NCBI GenBank assembly: GCA_032718475.1 | Contig: JAUCBJ010001861.1 | Location: 1 to 64,000 of the forward strand | From: Nemertoderma westbladi | Taxonomy: Eukaryota > Animalia > Xenacoelomorpha | Direction of reading: 5' to 3' | Length of the DNA: 64,000 bases | Part shown: positions 29,401-41,613 of the stretch, one piece after another | Numbering within the stretch: position 1 is the first letter of the stretch | How the letters are laid out: every line of letters begins with the position of its first letter | Position numbers and translations under genes: made by a program | The notes under the pieces: model-generated | The model's input: only the letters and a program-made list of their open reading frames with translations | Told to the model about the DNA's origin: nothing | Database searches by the model: none

Positions 29401-30455
29401 AATGCCTGGTAAATAAAAATCATCAAACATGTGAGGAATTCAAACACTCCGACATGGACAATGAATCAGAGAGCTCATGCACCACTATCACCGAAACTAT
29501 CTACCTTGACAGTCAAACTCGAAAACCCAAAGGCGGATCTATCACCATCAAGAGGCAACGTCCACAGTGCGTCATCGAGAGTAAGTGCCCCAAAATGAGA
29601 GCAAAAGAAAGAAAAAGTCATATCCACGGATCACAATGTTCATCAGTGAGGGATCGTCACATACACACTACGAGAACAAGAGTACGAGGAACGCCACCTT
29701 ATGAGGATGTGCGTTCTAGAACACGTTCTAAGGAGAGAAAGTGTCGCAGAAAAGATGATATTTCTGTGATAAGCGAGCATCGCCATACACATACAGATTA
29801 TATTCCAGGGTTTATAAGTAGAAGTGGCTTTCAGGTATTGGACGGCAACCGCATACAGGCCGAGCAACAGGCTCGAAACATGGGTTTGCGTTGGTATAAG
29901 TACGGTGACACCTGGGAAAGAGTGAATCCATGCAGACTAGAGCTGGTGGAGGCGCACCCTGCAAGAGCGGAGCGGCGGAGTACCAATAAGTACAGCCCAG
30001 TTCTGGGTCACGTCCGGGAATGCGAGACTACAAATAGAGGAAACACCTTCGGTACACCGGCAGTTGTTGGGAGCTGCAATGAGTTGTCCCTAGAGCGAAT
30101 GATGGAGCACTATAGGCCGTGTTCGAGTACAGATACGGAGACTTCCACGAGTCTTTCGCAGCAATGCGAACAGAAGTTCAGGAGTTGCGGCGGTAAATAC
30201 CATACAAGAAGATGCCGATCGCCTGGACTATGCGTTAACGATGGGTTCAGGAAAAGACGGTGTCTCAACGATGGACCCAAACTGAACATCGCGTTTAGTA
30301 GGAACATCCCTATAAAGCAACATGTGGTCTCGGGTTGCCACCGCCGGAAACGGAAGAGAGATACCCGTACAGGGCCAGTAGCTGTGCAGCCCACCCTGGG
30401 GGACTTACCAGACAACCTACCACATCGCTACTTCAGTTTAAATATAACTCCTTGA
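26469..30455 (+). CDS. Intronless 1328-aa protein: signal peptide, one thrombospondin type-1 repeat, one TM helix, long low-complexity tail; nested antisense in a PRP4K intron
   Basis: Hydrophobic N-terminus; TSP1 motif WDDWEPWGPCNTTCGMGHKRRIRRC...CPG...EPCHVTNCP; TM LVWFIILTVVFGLLVLYLIG; 4-kb non-repetitive ORF. Confidence 0.85.
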   Translation: MTKINMTKFRITGIFVFCILKVVFVEGIVTRPKQGTKKEICIMNRSGEHVRCISSPERRQFSEPMRRVLEQFGVWDENLIDLNRFNLETRQIKVFENGELHKLHKSVSTKPDILSPDDMHISTNKAKNNKIIEFLTKLRGNYHEPLGDAIGNPAGEEWLKEMEFLLDYDDIQETQSDKSAIKPYLKKNHRKKITNTAMKMEFPVANGVETGSLIELGEAGIALPLMWDDWEPWGPCNTTCGMGHKRRIRRCLDAPHIVCPGPYVAHEPCHVTNCPVLGTVPTLVWFIILTVVFGLLVLYLIGRCFVHHIRGVRMFTFGKPKFLRKLQEKMHKKQGEDEDLGKKSVHDQITDMTDVESLEIENEAKEKDVFLKSAILLVNLFWWPWKWKRIKDEDHVPSVDYEGHIDEEIGFDDRWEDGQYGGQEYDQYENENRISLGKPLSNVPEENILNEQSLEPNIAASPAASQPQIEEDPETAQNSGKHKTMRDLALAGRAAMRMGKGGVKEDVPLPPSQDSGLAEKHKTMKDLALAGRAAMRIGKGGVSSDIPLTPPPPPPQEAAALKHKTLRDIAMAGRFAMRMGGGWNPAGKGKGQTPSRETSRDGLTRIEMLSKLTQIKGGKYAGEITDSGNIERIQTETQTDETAQKFPDLGEVLISKEIQEAESKQQQEQTQSYGGQQIYGGQQSYGGGGQQAYVGQSGLMMPGESVSQMHPSPGYDHTCRDCNPAGLQLGDYQQTGYWSGYQGQQQQQQPSSHMYSEGASYNMTTQRPLAVDPQQSQFAWKDSTGRSGITGLSQQGKPSGTEEPNYIIPTQYKVTTNDPTRMLQSSQSKPWSQKLQIRKDIRDQPGTSTYDQTRVLPGVPMPTGTQMPTGAQMPIGAQMPSGIPMHFGGQTQWRQPGPVFDPPQGEMNSYHLNSPAAGLHRFHNDSFNTYYNQHLMGRPAGCIHKNPKDESPKRFTTFIQTEVGNPETIGKRRISPTKCLVNKNHQTCEEFKHSDMDNESESSCTTITETIYLDSQTRKPKGGSITIKRQRPQCVIESKCPKMRAKERKSHIHGSQCSSVRDRHIHTTRTRVRGTPPYEDVRSRTRSKERKCRRKDDISVISEHRHTHTDYIPGFISRSGFQVLDGNRIQAEQQARNMGLRWYKYGDTWERVNPCRLELVEAHPARAERRSTNKYSPVLGHVRECETTNRGNTFGTPAVVGSCNELSLERMMEHYRPCSSTDTETSTSLSQQCEQKFRSCGGKYHTRRCRSPGLCVNDGFRKRRCLNDGPKLNIAFSRNIPIKQHVVSGCHRRKRKRDTRTGPVAVQPTLGDLPDNLPHRYFSLNITP

Positions 30456-30967
30456 ACCGAGTCACCAAAAATAGTCGCAGATGTATTTTAGTACAGGCCA
30501 AGTCCCGAAAAGTGTCTGGATGATTCAATTTCTGGTGATACATATTCAATACTTAAATATATAAAAATACCACTATATTTAATTTAACTTATTGGTTAAT
30601 TCATATTAAATTCATAAATTAAAATAATTAATATATCGGTATTCTTTAAAGCCCTTCTCCTTTCGCCCGCATCATCCGATGTTAATTTTGGTGCATCAAC
30701 TTTAACAAAATATCGTGACCATGGAGACAGATTAACACCACAATTTTCAAAAAAATTCACGAAAATGACGCACGATGGCGTTATGTATCTCATGTCTCAA
30801 TCCTATATTAAGTATTATAAGATTTTGAGCTAATAGGAGAACCAGAATCCCAGAAAAACAACCCACACTGCTAAAATAGTAATAATGTTAATTTTCATTC
30901 AATTTAGTTCTGCCTATCTGAAAAAATAACCAAAAAAGTATTCTAGGTATTCTGCTAAAAGTATTCT

Positions 30968-33099
30968 ACTATTACTGGTCATTGTATCGGTATATTCTGA
31001 TAGCCTGCGCTCGCGATTGTTACTGGTCATTGTATCGGTATATTCTGATAGCCTGCGCTCGCGATTGTTACTGGTCATTGTATCGGTATATTCTGATAGA
31101 CTGCGTTCGCGACTATTACTGATCATTGTATCGGTATATTCTGATAGCCTGCGCTCGCGATTCTTACTGGTCATTGTATCGGTATATTCTGATAGACTGC
31201 GTTCGCGACTATTACTGATCATTGTATCGGTATATTATTCTGATAGCCTGCGCTTGCGACTGTTACTGGTCATTGTATCGGTATATTCTGATAGCCTGCG
31301 CTCGGGACTGTTACTGGTCATTGTATCGGTATATTCTGATAGCCTGCGCCTGCAACTATTACTGGTCATTGTATCGGTATATTCTGATAGCATGCGCCCA
31401 CGTCTATTACTGGTCATTGTATCGGTATATTCTGATAGCCTGCGCTCGCGACTATTACTGGTCATTGTATCAGTATATTCTGATAGCCTGCGCCCACGTC
31501 TATTACTGGTCATTGTATCGGTATATTCTGATAGCCTGCGCCCGCGACTATTACTGGTCATTGTATCGGTATATTCTGATAGCATGCGCCCGCGACTATT
31601 ACTGGTCATTGAATCGGTATATTCTGATAGCATGCGCCCGCGACTATTACTGGTCATTGAATCGGTATATTCTGATAGCCTGCGCCCACGTCTATTACTG
31701 GTCATTGTATCAGTATATTCTGATAGCCTGCGCCCACGTCTATTACTGGTCATTGTATCAGTATATTCTGATAGCCTGCGCCCACGTCTATTACTGGTCA
31801 TTGTATCGGTATATTCTGACAGCCTGCACCCGCGACTATTACTGGTCATTGTATCGGTATATTCTGATAGCCTGCGCTCGCGACTATTACTGGTCATTGT
31901 ATCGGTATATTCTGATAGCCTGCGCCCACGTCTATTACTGGTCATTGTATCGGTATATTCTGATAGCCTGCACCCGCGACTATTACTGGTCATTGTATCG
32001 GTATATTCTGATAGCCTGCGCTCGCGACTATTACTGGTCATTGTATCGGTATATTCTGATAGCCTGCGCCCACGTCTATTACTGGTCATTGTATCGGTAT
32101 ATTCTGATAGCCTGCGCCCGCGACTATTACTGGTCATTGTATCGGTATATTCTGATAGCCTGCGCTCGCGACTATTACTGGTCATTGTATCGGTATATTC
32201 TGATAGCCTGCGCCCACGTCTATTACTGGTCATTGTATCGGTATATTCTGATAGCCTGCACCCGCGACTATTACCGGTCATTGTATCAGTATATTCTGAT
32301 AGCCTGCGCCCACGTCTATTACTGGTCATTGTATCAGTATATTCTGATAGCCTGCGCCCACGTCTATTACTGGTCATTGTATCGGTATATTCTGATAGCC
32401 TGCGCCCACGTCTATTACTGGTCATTGTATCGGTATATTCTGATAGCCTGCGCCCGCGACTATTACTGGTCATTGTATCGGTATATTCTGATAGCCTGCG
32501 CTCGCGACTATTACTGGTCATTGTATCGGTATATTCTGATAGCCTGCGCCCACGACTATTACTGGTCATTGTATCGGTATATTCTGATAGCCTGTGCTCG
32601 CGACTGTTACTGGTCATTGTATTGGTATATTCTGATAGCCTGCTCTCGCGACTGTTACTGGTCATTGTATCGGTATATTCTGATAGCCTGCACCCGCGAC
32701 TGTTACTGGTCATTGTATCGGTATATTCTGATAGCCGCGCCCGCGACTGTTACTGGTCATTGTATCGGTATATTCTGATAGCCGCGCCCGCGACTGTTAC
32801 TGGTCATTGTATCGGTATATTCTGATAGCCACGCCCGCGACTGTTACTGGTCATTGTATTGGTATATTCTGATAGCCTGCTCTCGCGACTGTTACTGGTC
32901 ATTGTATCGGTATATTCTGATAGCCTGCGCCCGCGACTGTTACTGGTCATTGTATCGGTATATTCTGATAGCCGCGCCCGCGACTGTTACTGGTCATTGT
33001 ATCGGTATATTCTGATAGCCTGTGCTCGCGACTGTTACTGGTCATTGTATCGGTATATTCTGATAGCCTGCGCCCACGACTATTACTGGTCATTGTATC
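30968..33099. repeat. 48-bp satellite (about 44 copies)
   Basis: Unit ttactggtcattgtatcggtatattctgatagcctgcgctcgcgacta; 16-aa periodic ORFs in the ORF track. Confidence 0.97.
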
Positions 33100-33762
33100 T
33101 TCCCAACCTAAAATATATGTTACTGAATCCACACTGAGGCAAATGAGAGCGCGTTATTCTCGAAACAGTACTTTTTGTGAGTGTTGTTTTGGCTCTAGGT
33201 TTACGAGATTATGATATAGTCTTCACGAGCACATTTATGTGGAAATTTGTTTTATTTAAATAAGCGTAGCTAGACTAAATTGCCGTAGCAACCGTTGCAA
33301 TGTGTGAGACTAGCGTAGTGAGTGACATTAGTATTTTGCGTGTGAGAAAGATCCGTTGGGCGTTGAAAGGTTTTATAGTGTGAAAATCTAAGTACAGGAA
33401 ATACAATTTATTCATGTTAATATAATAATAATTTACATTGCAATCTTAGTAAATATTAAAGATATTCACGTGTTATAGAAAGTAGCGTGAGAGGAAGTCT
33501 GGCTATATTGCTCGTCTATATTGGTTTGGTTACAAAAGAACAAGGGTAATAACACTTTAGTGTTACTTTATCCACGGTATGTAATATGTAAGTTTGTTAC
33601 ATTATGTCAATTTATCAGCGTCCTGGTGATGGTGATATTCTCGCAGCGTTACGGCCTATATGTCGGAATGATGTAAGTAAAGTATAATCACTTCAATCAC
33701 TCATTTATACGTTGAGAGTATTAACCGACTGGTGCTGCAGGTGTGGATGATTGGAATTGAGA

Positions 33763-34266
33763 ACCAGCATTGTTCATTCTTAAACAACAACTCCCTTCAG
33801 TAGTGTACTGTTACTGAATTACTTATCCAATGAATGTCCCCCATGCACCAGCATTTTTCATTATTAAACAACAACTCCCTTCAGTAGTGGACTGTTACTG
33901 AATTACTTATCCAATGAATGTCCCCCATGTACCAGCATTGTTCATTATTAAACAACAACTCCCTTCGGTAGTGGACTGTTACTGAATTACTTATCCAATG
34001 AATGTCCCCCATGCACCAGCATTTTTCATTATTAAACAACAACTCCCTTCAGTAGTGGACTGTTACTGAATTACTTATCCAATGAATGTCCCCCATGTAC
34101 CAGCATTGTTCATTATTAAACAACAACTCCCTTCAGTAGTGGACTGTTACTGAATTACTTATCCAATGAATGTCCCCCATGCACCAGCATTTTTCATTAT
34201 TAAACAACAACTCCCTTCAGTAGTGGACTGTTACTGAATTACTTATCCAATGAATGTCCCCCATGT
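33763..34266. repeat. 84-bp satellite, left part (about 6 copies)
   Basis: Unit accagcattgttcattattaaacaacaactcccttcagtagtggactgttactgaattacttatccaatgaatgtcccccatgc recurs every 84 nt. Confidence 0.95.
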
Positions 34267-37200
34267 GGGGCGAGCCACGAAGTGAGAGAGCCTTAGCGTA
34301 GTGGTACCATTAATCAACCTGTCGTTCTGTCGTTCTGTCGCGTTTTTTTTCAGTATTTTATTTTAAACGTTAATAACTCGGCCAATCCTTGATGAAATCT
34401 ATCCAAACTTGGTACACATGTTGTTTGGCAAAAGTTTGAAAATTTTCCAAGTAGAATTTGCGTGGGGCCTTCGTGCAGCATCAGTGTAACTGTTATTGTA
34501 GTTATAATATATTTATTTATCCAAAATTAACATGCGTTAAATTATTATTACTGTAGGATAAATCAGCTGGTTTTCTGACAAATTTTGCAAAACATAGGGG
34601 CTGTCTGCCAATCTGCATGTACCATTTGTACCGGTACTGTCAGGCTGTAATACAGGTCAGCCGGTACCATACACTGCAGACATGCCATATCATGTAATCT
34701 AAACATGGCCCCGGAAACCCTTGCGGTGATTATAGTTTAGGCCTAATTAGCCTAGTACCGGTAATAATAATATAATAGTTTAGATAGTTCAGTAGTTACC
34801 GCTAATCATTCAGTCATTGGCACGGTACACCGTATTGCTGTACTGCCGTTCAGCCGTTGTAGTGCGCACCGTAGGTACCACCCATGCCTAGGCTGACTGT
34901 GCTGATTATGGTTTGATTGATTGATTGTTTTTTACACATAATTAAACCTTTTAAAATTCACAATAATACATTTATAAAGATTACGTTACGATATTAGGCC
35001 TACAGTACAAGTAGGCCTAATAACACTAGATATTTAGGAGCACCAATACTGATTTATGTAGATAGTCAACTTATAAAATGTTTATTTACTTAAATAAAAG
35101 GTTCTGGTGTAAGGATAGCCTCATGAGGTATATACCTCGTTTCCATGAGGGTCCTATAATAATTTTCATACTCTAATATTTAAAGCTAGTCAGACTGTGG
35201 TACCTAAGCTATATACTGTTAGGTATATTGCTGTATTGGGGTGGGGTTAGGAATAATCCATTTGTTTTAGCATTGAACTGTTGAATCCCCTTATTTATTA
35301 TAAAACCATTGGAAATATTCGCAAATGCCGCTCCATTACTGTCTGATGTCTGAAACGCTCCCGACAGTCCGATGTATCTGGACCCGAGCAGCCGAGTTGC
35401 TTCAAGAGGTGATTAACGGGGGAATACTACGGAATTGCTTGTTTGTCAGTACGATTCTATTTGGGTATTTACTACACTCAGACACTGGGAATACGGCGGT
35501 CGGTCAGATCGTAATGCGGGCCACTGCCAAGTTCATCATGCCTCACTCCGGTCACCCACCTTGGAGTGCGGTGGGAAGAGTCCCACTTACTGACTTACGT
35601 CGACGACTGGACGAATCGACGAGGATTGCGATCTGGGTTTAGCGGCGGCCCGGATCCTGGGATCGCCTGGGGGAAATGGTTGAACGTTGGGCAGACGTTA
35701 TCGCACTGGATTACGTTCTCTGTGACGCGAAAGTGTGAAGCGAATTCGTTGTCGAATTGGGTCGGAAGCTGCGGGAATTCTACTGTTCTACGGGAGTAAA
35801 CCGCAGCGGTCCGGTGACTGACTACGGACGGATACTACTGGGATAAGCAGGTATTTCGATCGAGTTTCTCGTATTCTCGATGCTCGAGGCGGATAGAGAG
35901 TTGGTTGTGTTGGGCGGTGTTGTTCAATTCTATCAAACATATTAAATAATTGGTAAAATAATAAAAACACACCAGATAAAGATACTGAGCTTATGGTAAA
36001 GAGATAGGCCGAACTTACAATTTCCAAATAGATTGTTCATATAATAAATATATTTTTGGTATTTGATTTCAAGATAGGGGGGGGGGGGGGGGGGGGGGGG
36101 GCTGGACGCAATAAAAATTCATCCCTCTCCAGGGGAAATTGGACGCAAATAACAACAGCTGATTACTCTCAAAAATAAAACTGTAACCTGTTCTATTGTG
36201 TTTACTTTATTGTTTTGGTTAAAATAACGTGCCACTGTAACCTGCTCCTTTCCCAAAATTTAGAAATTAATATTGAGGCGGGATATTAATTCGCCAAGAT
36301 GGGATTTGCGTCCAGTCCCACCCCCCTCCTATCTCTTGATTTCACTAAAAAATAGAATACATTGCATTTTACTGTTATAATTACTGTATTGAATAAAATA
36401 ATTAATTGATTGTTTATTAAACCGTGCTAAGCACGTTGAACTGGAGCTCTAACAATTCCCCACTAGCGGCAGACAGGAACTGTAAAAGTCTCTGTAGAAT
36501 TTCTAATTAAGCAATGCTCTTAGGTAACTACTACTAAATTTCAGATGAATCTGATCGTTGGTTCTATAATTACAGCTATTTTTACGTTTCTGTTAATTCG
36601 CCCCCTAGCGGCAGACCGGGGAACTGTAGAAGTCTGTCTGTGTGTAGAATTTCTAAATTTTTTTAAGACTACAAGTGTACCAAGTTTGGTTCCATTTCAT
36701 CCATGATTGACCGACTTATTAGCGTTCAAACATTCCTGCCACGAATAAAAGCTGCAGGAACTCGAGCGATAATTAATTTATTTATTATTAAATACTGTTT
36801 CAATTAAATTCTTTACGAAAATCTAGTCATCTTCTTTTAAATATGGACCCTGCATTCATGGAAAATATAATATTTGATAATTCATCAGTCACCAGTCAGC
36901 CTACGCTAATTTCACAGCAAAGTCCTTGTCATGGCCTGTGTGTAGTAGGCCATGGTACCACCCTACTACCGGTACCGGCTGACCGGTGGCAACTAGCACT
37001 TGCACAGCAACAGCCCTACCGGCGATACACAGGTTGAAATTTATGTAGAGTTTGCTCAACAGTACAGATATAAAATAGTTATCTAAATTATATATATTAC
37101 TATTGACAAGTATTGAAATATATACCGTTATTCGTGTTATCAGTATTTGCAACATCTGACATTGAAGAGGTGAGAGAAGATGAATACCGACACTCAACAA

Positions 37201-37910
37201 AACCAACGCTTATCACAGGTCGGTATGGTTACCTCGAAACCGGCGCGACTGTCCACTCGAATACAACTTCAAAACACAAACGCCAACAATAAACTGAAAG
37301 CGAATCGAACGTCTTCAGAAGAATCTGTCATTGGGACGAAGAAAAGGAAGCCGAAACCATGGGAATGGACCACAGCTAAGATTGAATGCTCCCATTGTCA
37401 GAGTTCCTGGACCGAAATTGAAACACCAATTGCCGATGGGCTTGATCTCTCAAACCAAAACTTCCTCTGCGGGGTTTGCGCGGCAGTAAAGATTGAAAGT
37501 CTGGAAGCTGGCATCCCTAGGTATTATTATTATAAAGAGCGTCAGCCTGCGTTTAATAAATATATTTTAATACAAAACAGGTCGAACGCAAAGAGGCTTA
37601 TAATGAAGACGAGTACTGCATTGATTATATTCCTATAAACCACCTGGCTTTGCATATTGAACGTGCGTTTGGAAATAAGTTCGTGCTACCCTTCCGTGGG
37701 TGGTAGATGTCGCGGTTATGTATTGGTGGGTGGGAAGGGAGGGGGGGGGGGGGGGTGCAGATTAAAAGGGGTGAACACGTACTGTCCCCCTTTCTTTGAT
37801 TAATTGGTGGTGTTGGTTAATCTCTCATAACCTGATTTTGTGATACAGTCGCACAATTTTAATTTGTATCTCATAACTGGGCCTCGTGCTGCGCGAAGGC
37901 CCCACGAACG
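34267..37910. mobile_element. 3.6-kb composite insertion (Helentron/DINE-like ends) interrupting the 84-bp satellite
   Basis: Satellite phase resumes exactly after the insert (ccatgt|insert|tgtaccagc). 5' end matches the 25308 element; 3' hairpin gggcctcg-tgctgcg-cgaaggccc; 20-bp inverted repeat 34461-34480 vs 37887-37906; inverted second ccaaacttggtacac core near 36670-36730. Confidence 0.7.
36072..36335. mobile_element. MITE with a 9-bp target-site duplication (Mutator-like), nested in the 3.6-kb insertion
   Basis: TSD ttgatttca at 36063-36071 and 36336-36344; TIRs agatagg(G)n-ctggacgcaa and ttgcgtccag-tcccacccccctcctatctc. Confidence 0.7.
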
Positions 37911-38719
37911 TGTACCAGCATTGTTCATTATTAAACAACAACTCCCTTCAGTAGTGGACTGTTACTGAATTACTTATCCAATGAATGTCCCCCATGCACC
38001 AGCATTTTTCATTATTAAGCAACAACTCCCTTCAGTAGTGGACTGATACTGAATTACTTATCCAATGAATGTCCCCCATGCACCAGCATTTTTCATTATT
38101 AAGCAACAACTCCCTTCAGTAGTGGACTGTTACTGAATTACTTATCCAATGAATGTCCCCCATGCACCAGCATTGTTCATTATTAAACAACAACTCCCTT
38201 CAGTAGTGGACTGTTACTGAATTACTTATCCAATGAATGTCCCCCATGTACCAGCATTGTTCATTATTAAACAACATCTCCCTTCAGTTGTAGTGGACTG
38301 TTACTGAATTACTTATCCAATGAATGTCCCCCATGCACCAGCATTGTTCATTCTTAAACAACAACTCCCTTCAGTAGTGGACTGTTACTGAATTACTTAT
38401 CCAATGAATGTCCCCCATGCACCAGCATTGTTCATTCTTAAACAACATATCCCTTCGGTAGTGGACTGTTACTGAATTACTTATCCAATGAATGCCCCCC
38501 ATGCACCAGCATTGTTCATTATTAAACAACAACTCCCTTCAGTAGTGGACTGTTACTGAATTACTTATCCAATGAATGTCCCCCATGCACCAGCATTGTT
38601 CATTCTTAAACAACATATCCCTTCAGTGGTGGACTGTTACTGAATTACTTATCCAATGAATGTCCCCCATGCACCAGCATTGTTCATTCTTAAACAACAT
38701 ATCCCTTCAGTAGTGGACT
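37911..38719. repeat. 84-bp satellite, right part (about 9-10 copies)
   Basis: Same unit as 33763-34266. Confidence 0.95.
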
Positions 38720-39084
38720 AGAATATGCCACTTAGGGGCCTCCATTACAATAATTTGTATATAATTATGTTTTTGAGGCAGTGTATGTACATGTTTCTTA
38801 CATTCTGACTTATATTTTAGGAATGGCCGGCGATAAAGAGTACCGGGGTCCCTTCTGGTCAGCTGAAGTCTATACCGACTATGCAAGACTACTTCTAACT
38901 TTAAGGTAAAGTATATAACATTTAAGTTATATACTGTAGCTGCTATAATTTATAAACATTACTTCTGAAAGGCTGTCAATGCTAGAGATACCAGATTTCA
39001 ACTTTCAATTAAGATAGAACATAAGACAAGTGGATTTTGAAAGTTAAAAGCTCATGTGTGACCCGGGCCTTAATGAAGATCCGT

Positions 39085-41292
39085 TATCATCTCGACTTAC
39101 TATGCGTCAATTCCCCACTCACCTTGAGTTTAGCGACTAGTTTTTTACGTTCTCTCCTCGACTTACTATACGTCACTTCCCCACTCACCTTGAGTTTAGC
39201 GACTAGTTTTTTACGCTCTCTCCTCGACTTACTATACGTCACTTCCCCACTCACCTTGAGTTTAGCGACTAGTTTTTTACGTTCTCACCTCGACTTACTA
39301 TACGTCACTTCCCCACTCACCTTGAGTTAAGCGACTAGTTTTTTACGTTCTCTCCTCGACTTACTATACGTCACTTCCCCACTCACCTTGAGTTTAGCGA
39401 CTAGTTTTTTACGTTCTCTCCTCGACTTACTATACGTCACTTCCCCACTGACCTTGAGTTTAGCGACTAGTTTTTTACGTTCTCTCCTCGACTTACTATA
39501 CGTCACTTCCCCACTCACCTTGAGTTTAGCGACTAGTTTTTTACGTTATCTCCTCGACTTACTATACGTCACTTCCCCACTCACCTTGAGTTTTAGCGAC
39601 TAGTTTTTTACGTTCTCTCCTCGACTTACTATACGTCACTTCCCCACTGACCTTGAGTTTAGCGACTAGTTTTTTAAGTTCTCTCCTCGACTTACTATAC
39701 GTCACTTTCCCACTCACCTTGAGTTTAGCGACTAGTTTTTTACGTTCTCTCCTCAACTTACCTTACGTCACTTCCCCACTCACCTTGAGTTTAGCGACTA
39801 GTTTTTTACGTTCTCTCCTCGACTTACCTTACGTCACTTCCCCACTCACCTTGAGTTTAGCGACTAGTTTTTTACGTTCTCTCCTCGACTTACCTTACGT
39901 CACTTCCCCACTCACCTTGAGTTTAGCGACTAGTTTTTTACGTTCTCTCCTCGACTTACTATACGTCACTTCCCTATCTACCTTGAGTTTAGCGACTAGT
40001 TTTTTACGTTCTCTCCTCAACTTACCTTACGTCACTTCCCCACTCACCTTGAGTTTAGCGACTAGTTTTTTACGTTCTCTCCTCGACTTACTATACGTCA
40101 CTTCCCCACTCACCTTGAGTTTAGCGACTAGTTTTTTACGTTCTCTCCTCAACTTACCTTACGTCACTTCCCCACTCACCTTGAGTTTAGCGACTAGTTT
40201 TTTACGTTCTCTCCTCAACTTACCTTACGTCACTTCCCCACTCACCTTGAGTTTAGCGACTAGTTTTTTACGTTCTCTCCTCAACTTACCTTACGTCACT
40301 TCCCCACTCACCTTGAGTTTAGCGACTAGTTTTTTACGTTCTCTCCTCGACTTACTATACGTCACTTCCCCACTCACCTTGAGTTTAGCGACTAGTTTTT
40401 TACGTTCTCTCCTCGACTTACCTTACGTCACTTCCCCACTCACCTTGAGTTTAGCGACTAGTTTTTTACGTTCTCTCCTCGACTTACCTTACGTCACTTC
40501 CCCACTCACCTTGAGTTCAGCGACTAGTTTTTTACGTTCTCTCCTCGACTTACTATACGTCACTTCCCCACTCACCTTGAGTTTAGCGACTAGTTTTTTA
40601 CGTTCTCTCCTCGACTTACTATACGTCACTTCCCCACTCACCTTGAGTTTAGCGACTAGTTTTTTACGCTCTCTCCTCGACTTACTATACGTCACTTCCC
40701 CACTCACCTTGAGTTTAGCGACTAGTTTTTTACGTTCTCTCCTCGACTTACTATACGTCACTTCCCCACTCACCTTGAGTTTAGCGACTAGTTTTTTACG
40801 TTCTCTCCTCAACTTACTATACGTCACTTCCCCACTCACCTTGAGTTTAGCGACTAATTTTTTCCGTTCTCTCCTCGACTTACTATACGTCACTTCCCCA
40901 CTCACCTTGAGTTTAGCGACTAGTTTTTTACGTTCTCTCCTCGACTTACTATACGTCACTTCCCCACTCACCTTGAGTTTAGCGACTAGTTTTTTACGTT
41001 CTCTCCTCGACTTACTATACGTCACTTCCCCACTCACCTTGAGTTTAGCGACTAGTTTTTTACGTTCTCTCCTCGACTTACTATACGTCACTTCCCCACT
41101 CACCTTGAGTTAAGCGACTAGTTTTTTACGTTCTCTCCTCAACTTACTATACGTCACTTCCCCACTCACCTTGAGTTAAGCGACTAGTTTTTTACGTTCT
41201 CTCCTCGACTTACTATACGTCACTTCCCCACTCACCTTGAGTTTAGCGACTAGTTTTTTACGTTCTCTCCTCGACTTACTATACGTCACTTC
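39085..41292 (-). repeat. 66-bp splice-donor satellite, distal part (about 33 copies)
   Basis: Same unit as 46449-53234, separated from it by the LTR retrotransposon. Confidence 0.97.
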
Positions 41293-41457
41293 TGTAAATA
41301 TCTATGATATGTGTAAAATGTATAATTGTAGTAACGTGTGCAACGAACAAGTTCTAGAATAGTTAGTTTGAATATATTCTGGATTGTATTGCGTGAAAGT
41401 GTTTGTTGATAATAAATAAGCGTTGTGGTATAATATAGCAGTATTTAGTATTAACAA

Positions 41458-41468
41458 TGGTAGCAGAG
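41458..41468 (+). promoter_or_regulatory. Primer-binding site complementary to the 3' end of animal initiator tRNA-Met
   Basis: TGGTAGCAGAG one nt after the 5' LTR; complement of ...CUCUGCUACCA. Confidence 0.85.
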
Positions 41469-41613
41469 CGTACCGACCAATCTTAATCCCTCTTTTTAGC
41501 GTTAAAAAAAAAGATAGTGTATTGCGTAAATTTACACTCAGTATTGCGTAGCGTGGAGGCATTGCGAAACTTACTATCGTGTTGGTATTAAAAAAAAAAA
41601 AATACATGTTGAG

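Noticed and set aside
31017-32825. 500-600-aa periodic ORFs on both strands
   Set aside because: Artefacts of the 48-bp repeat, open in several frames at once.
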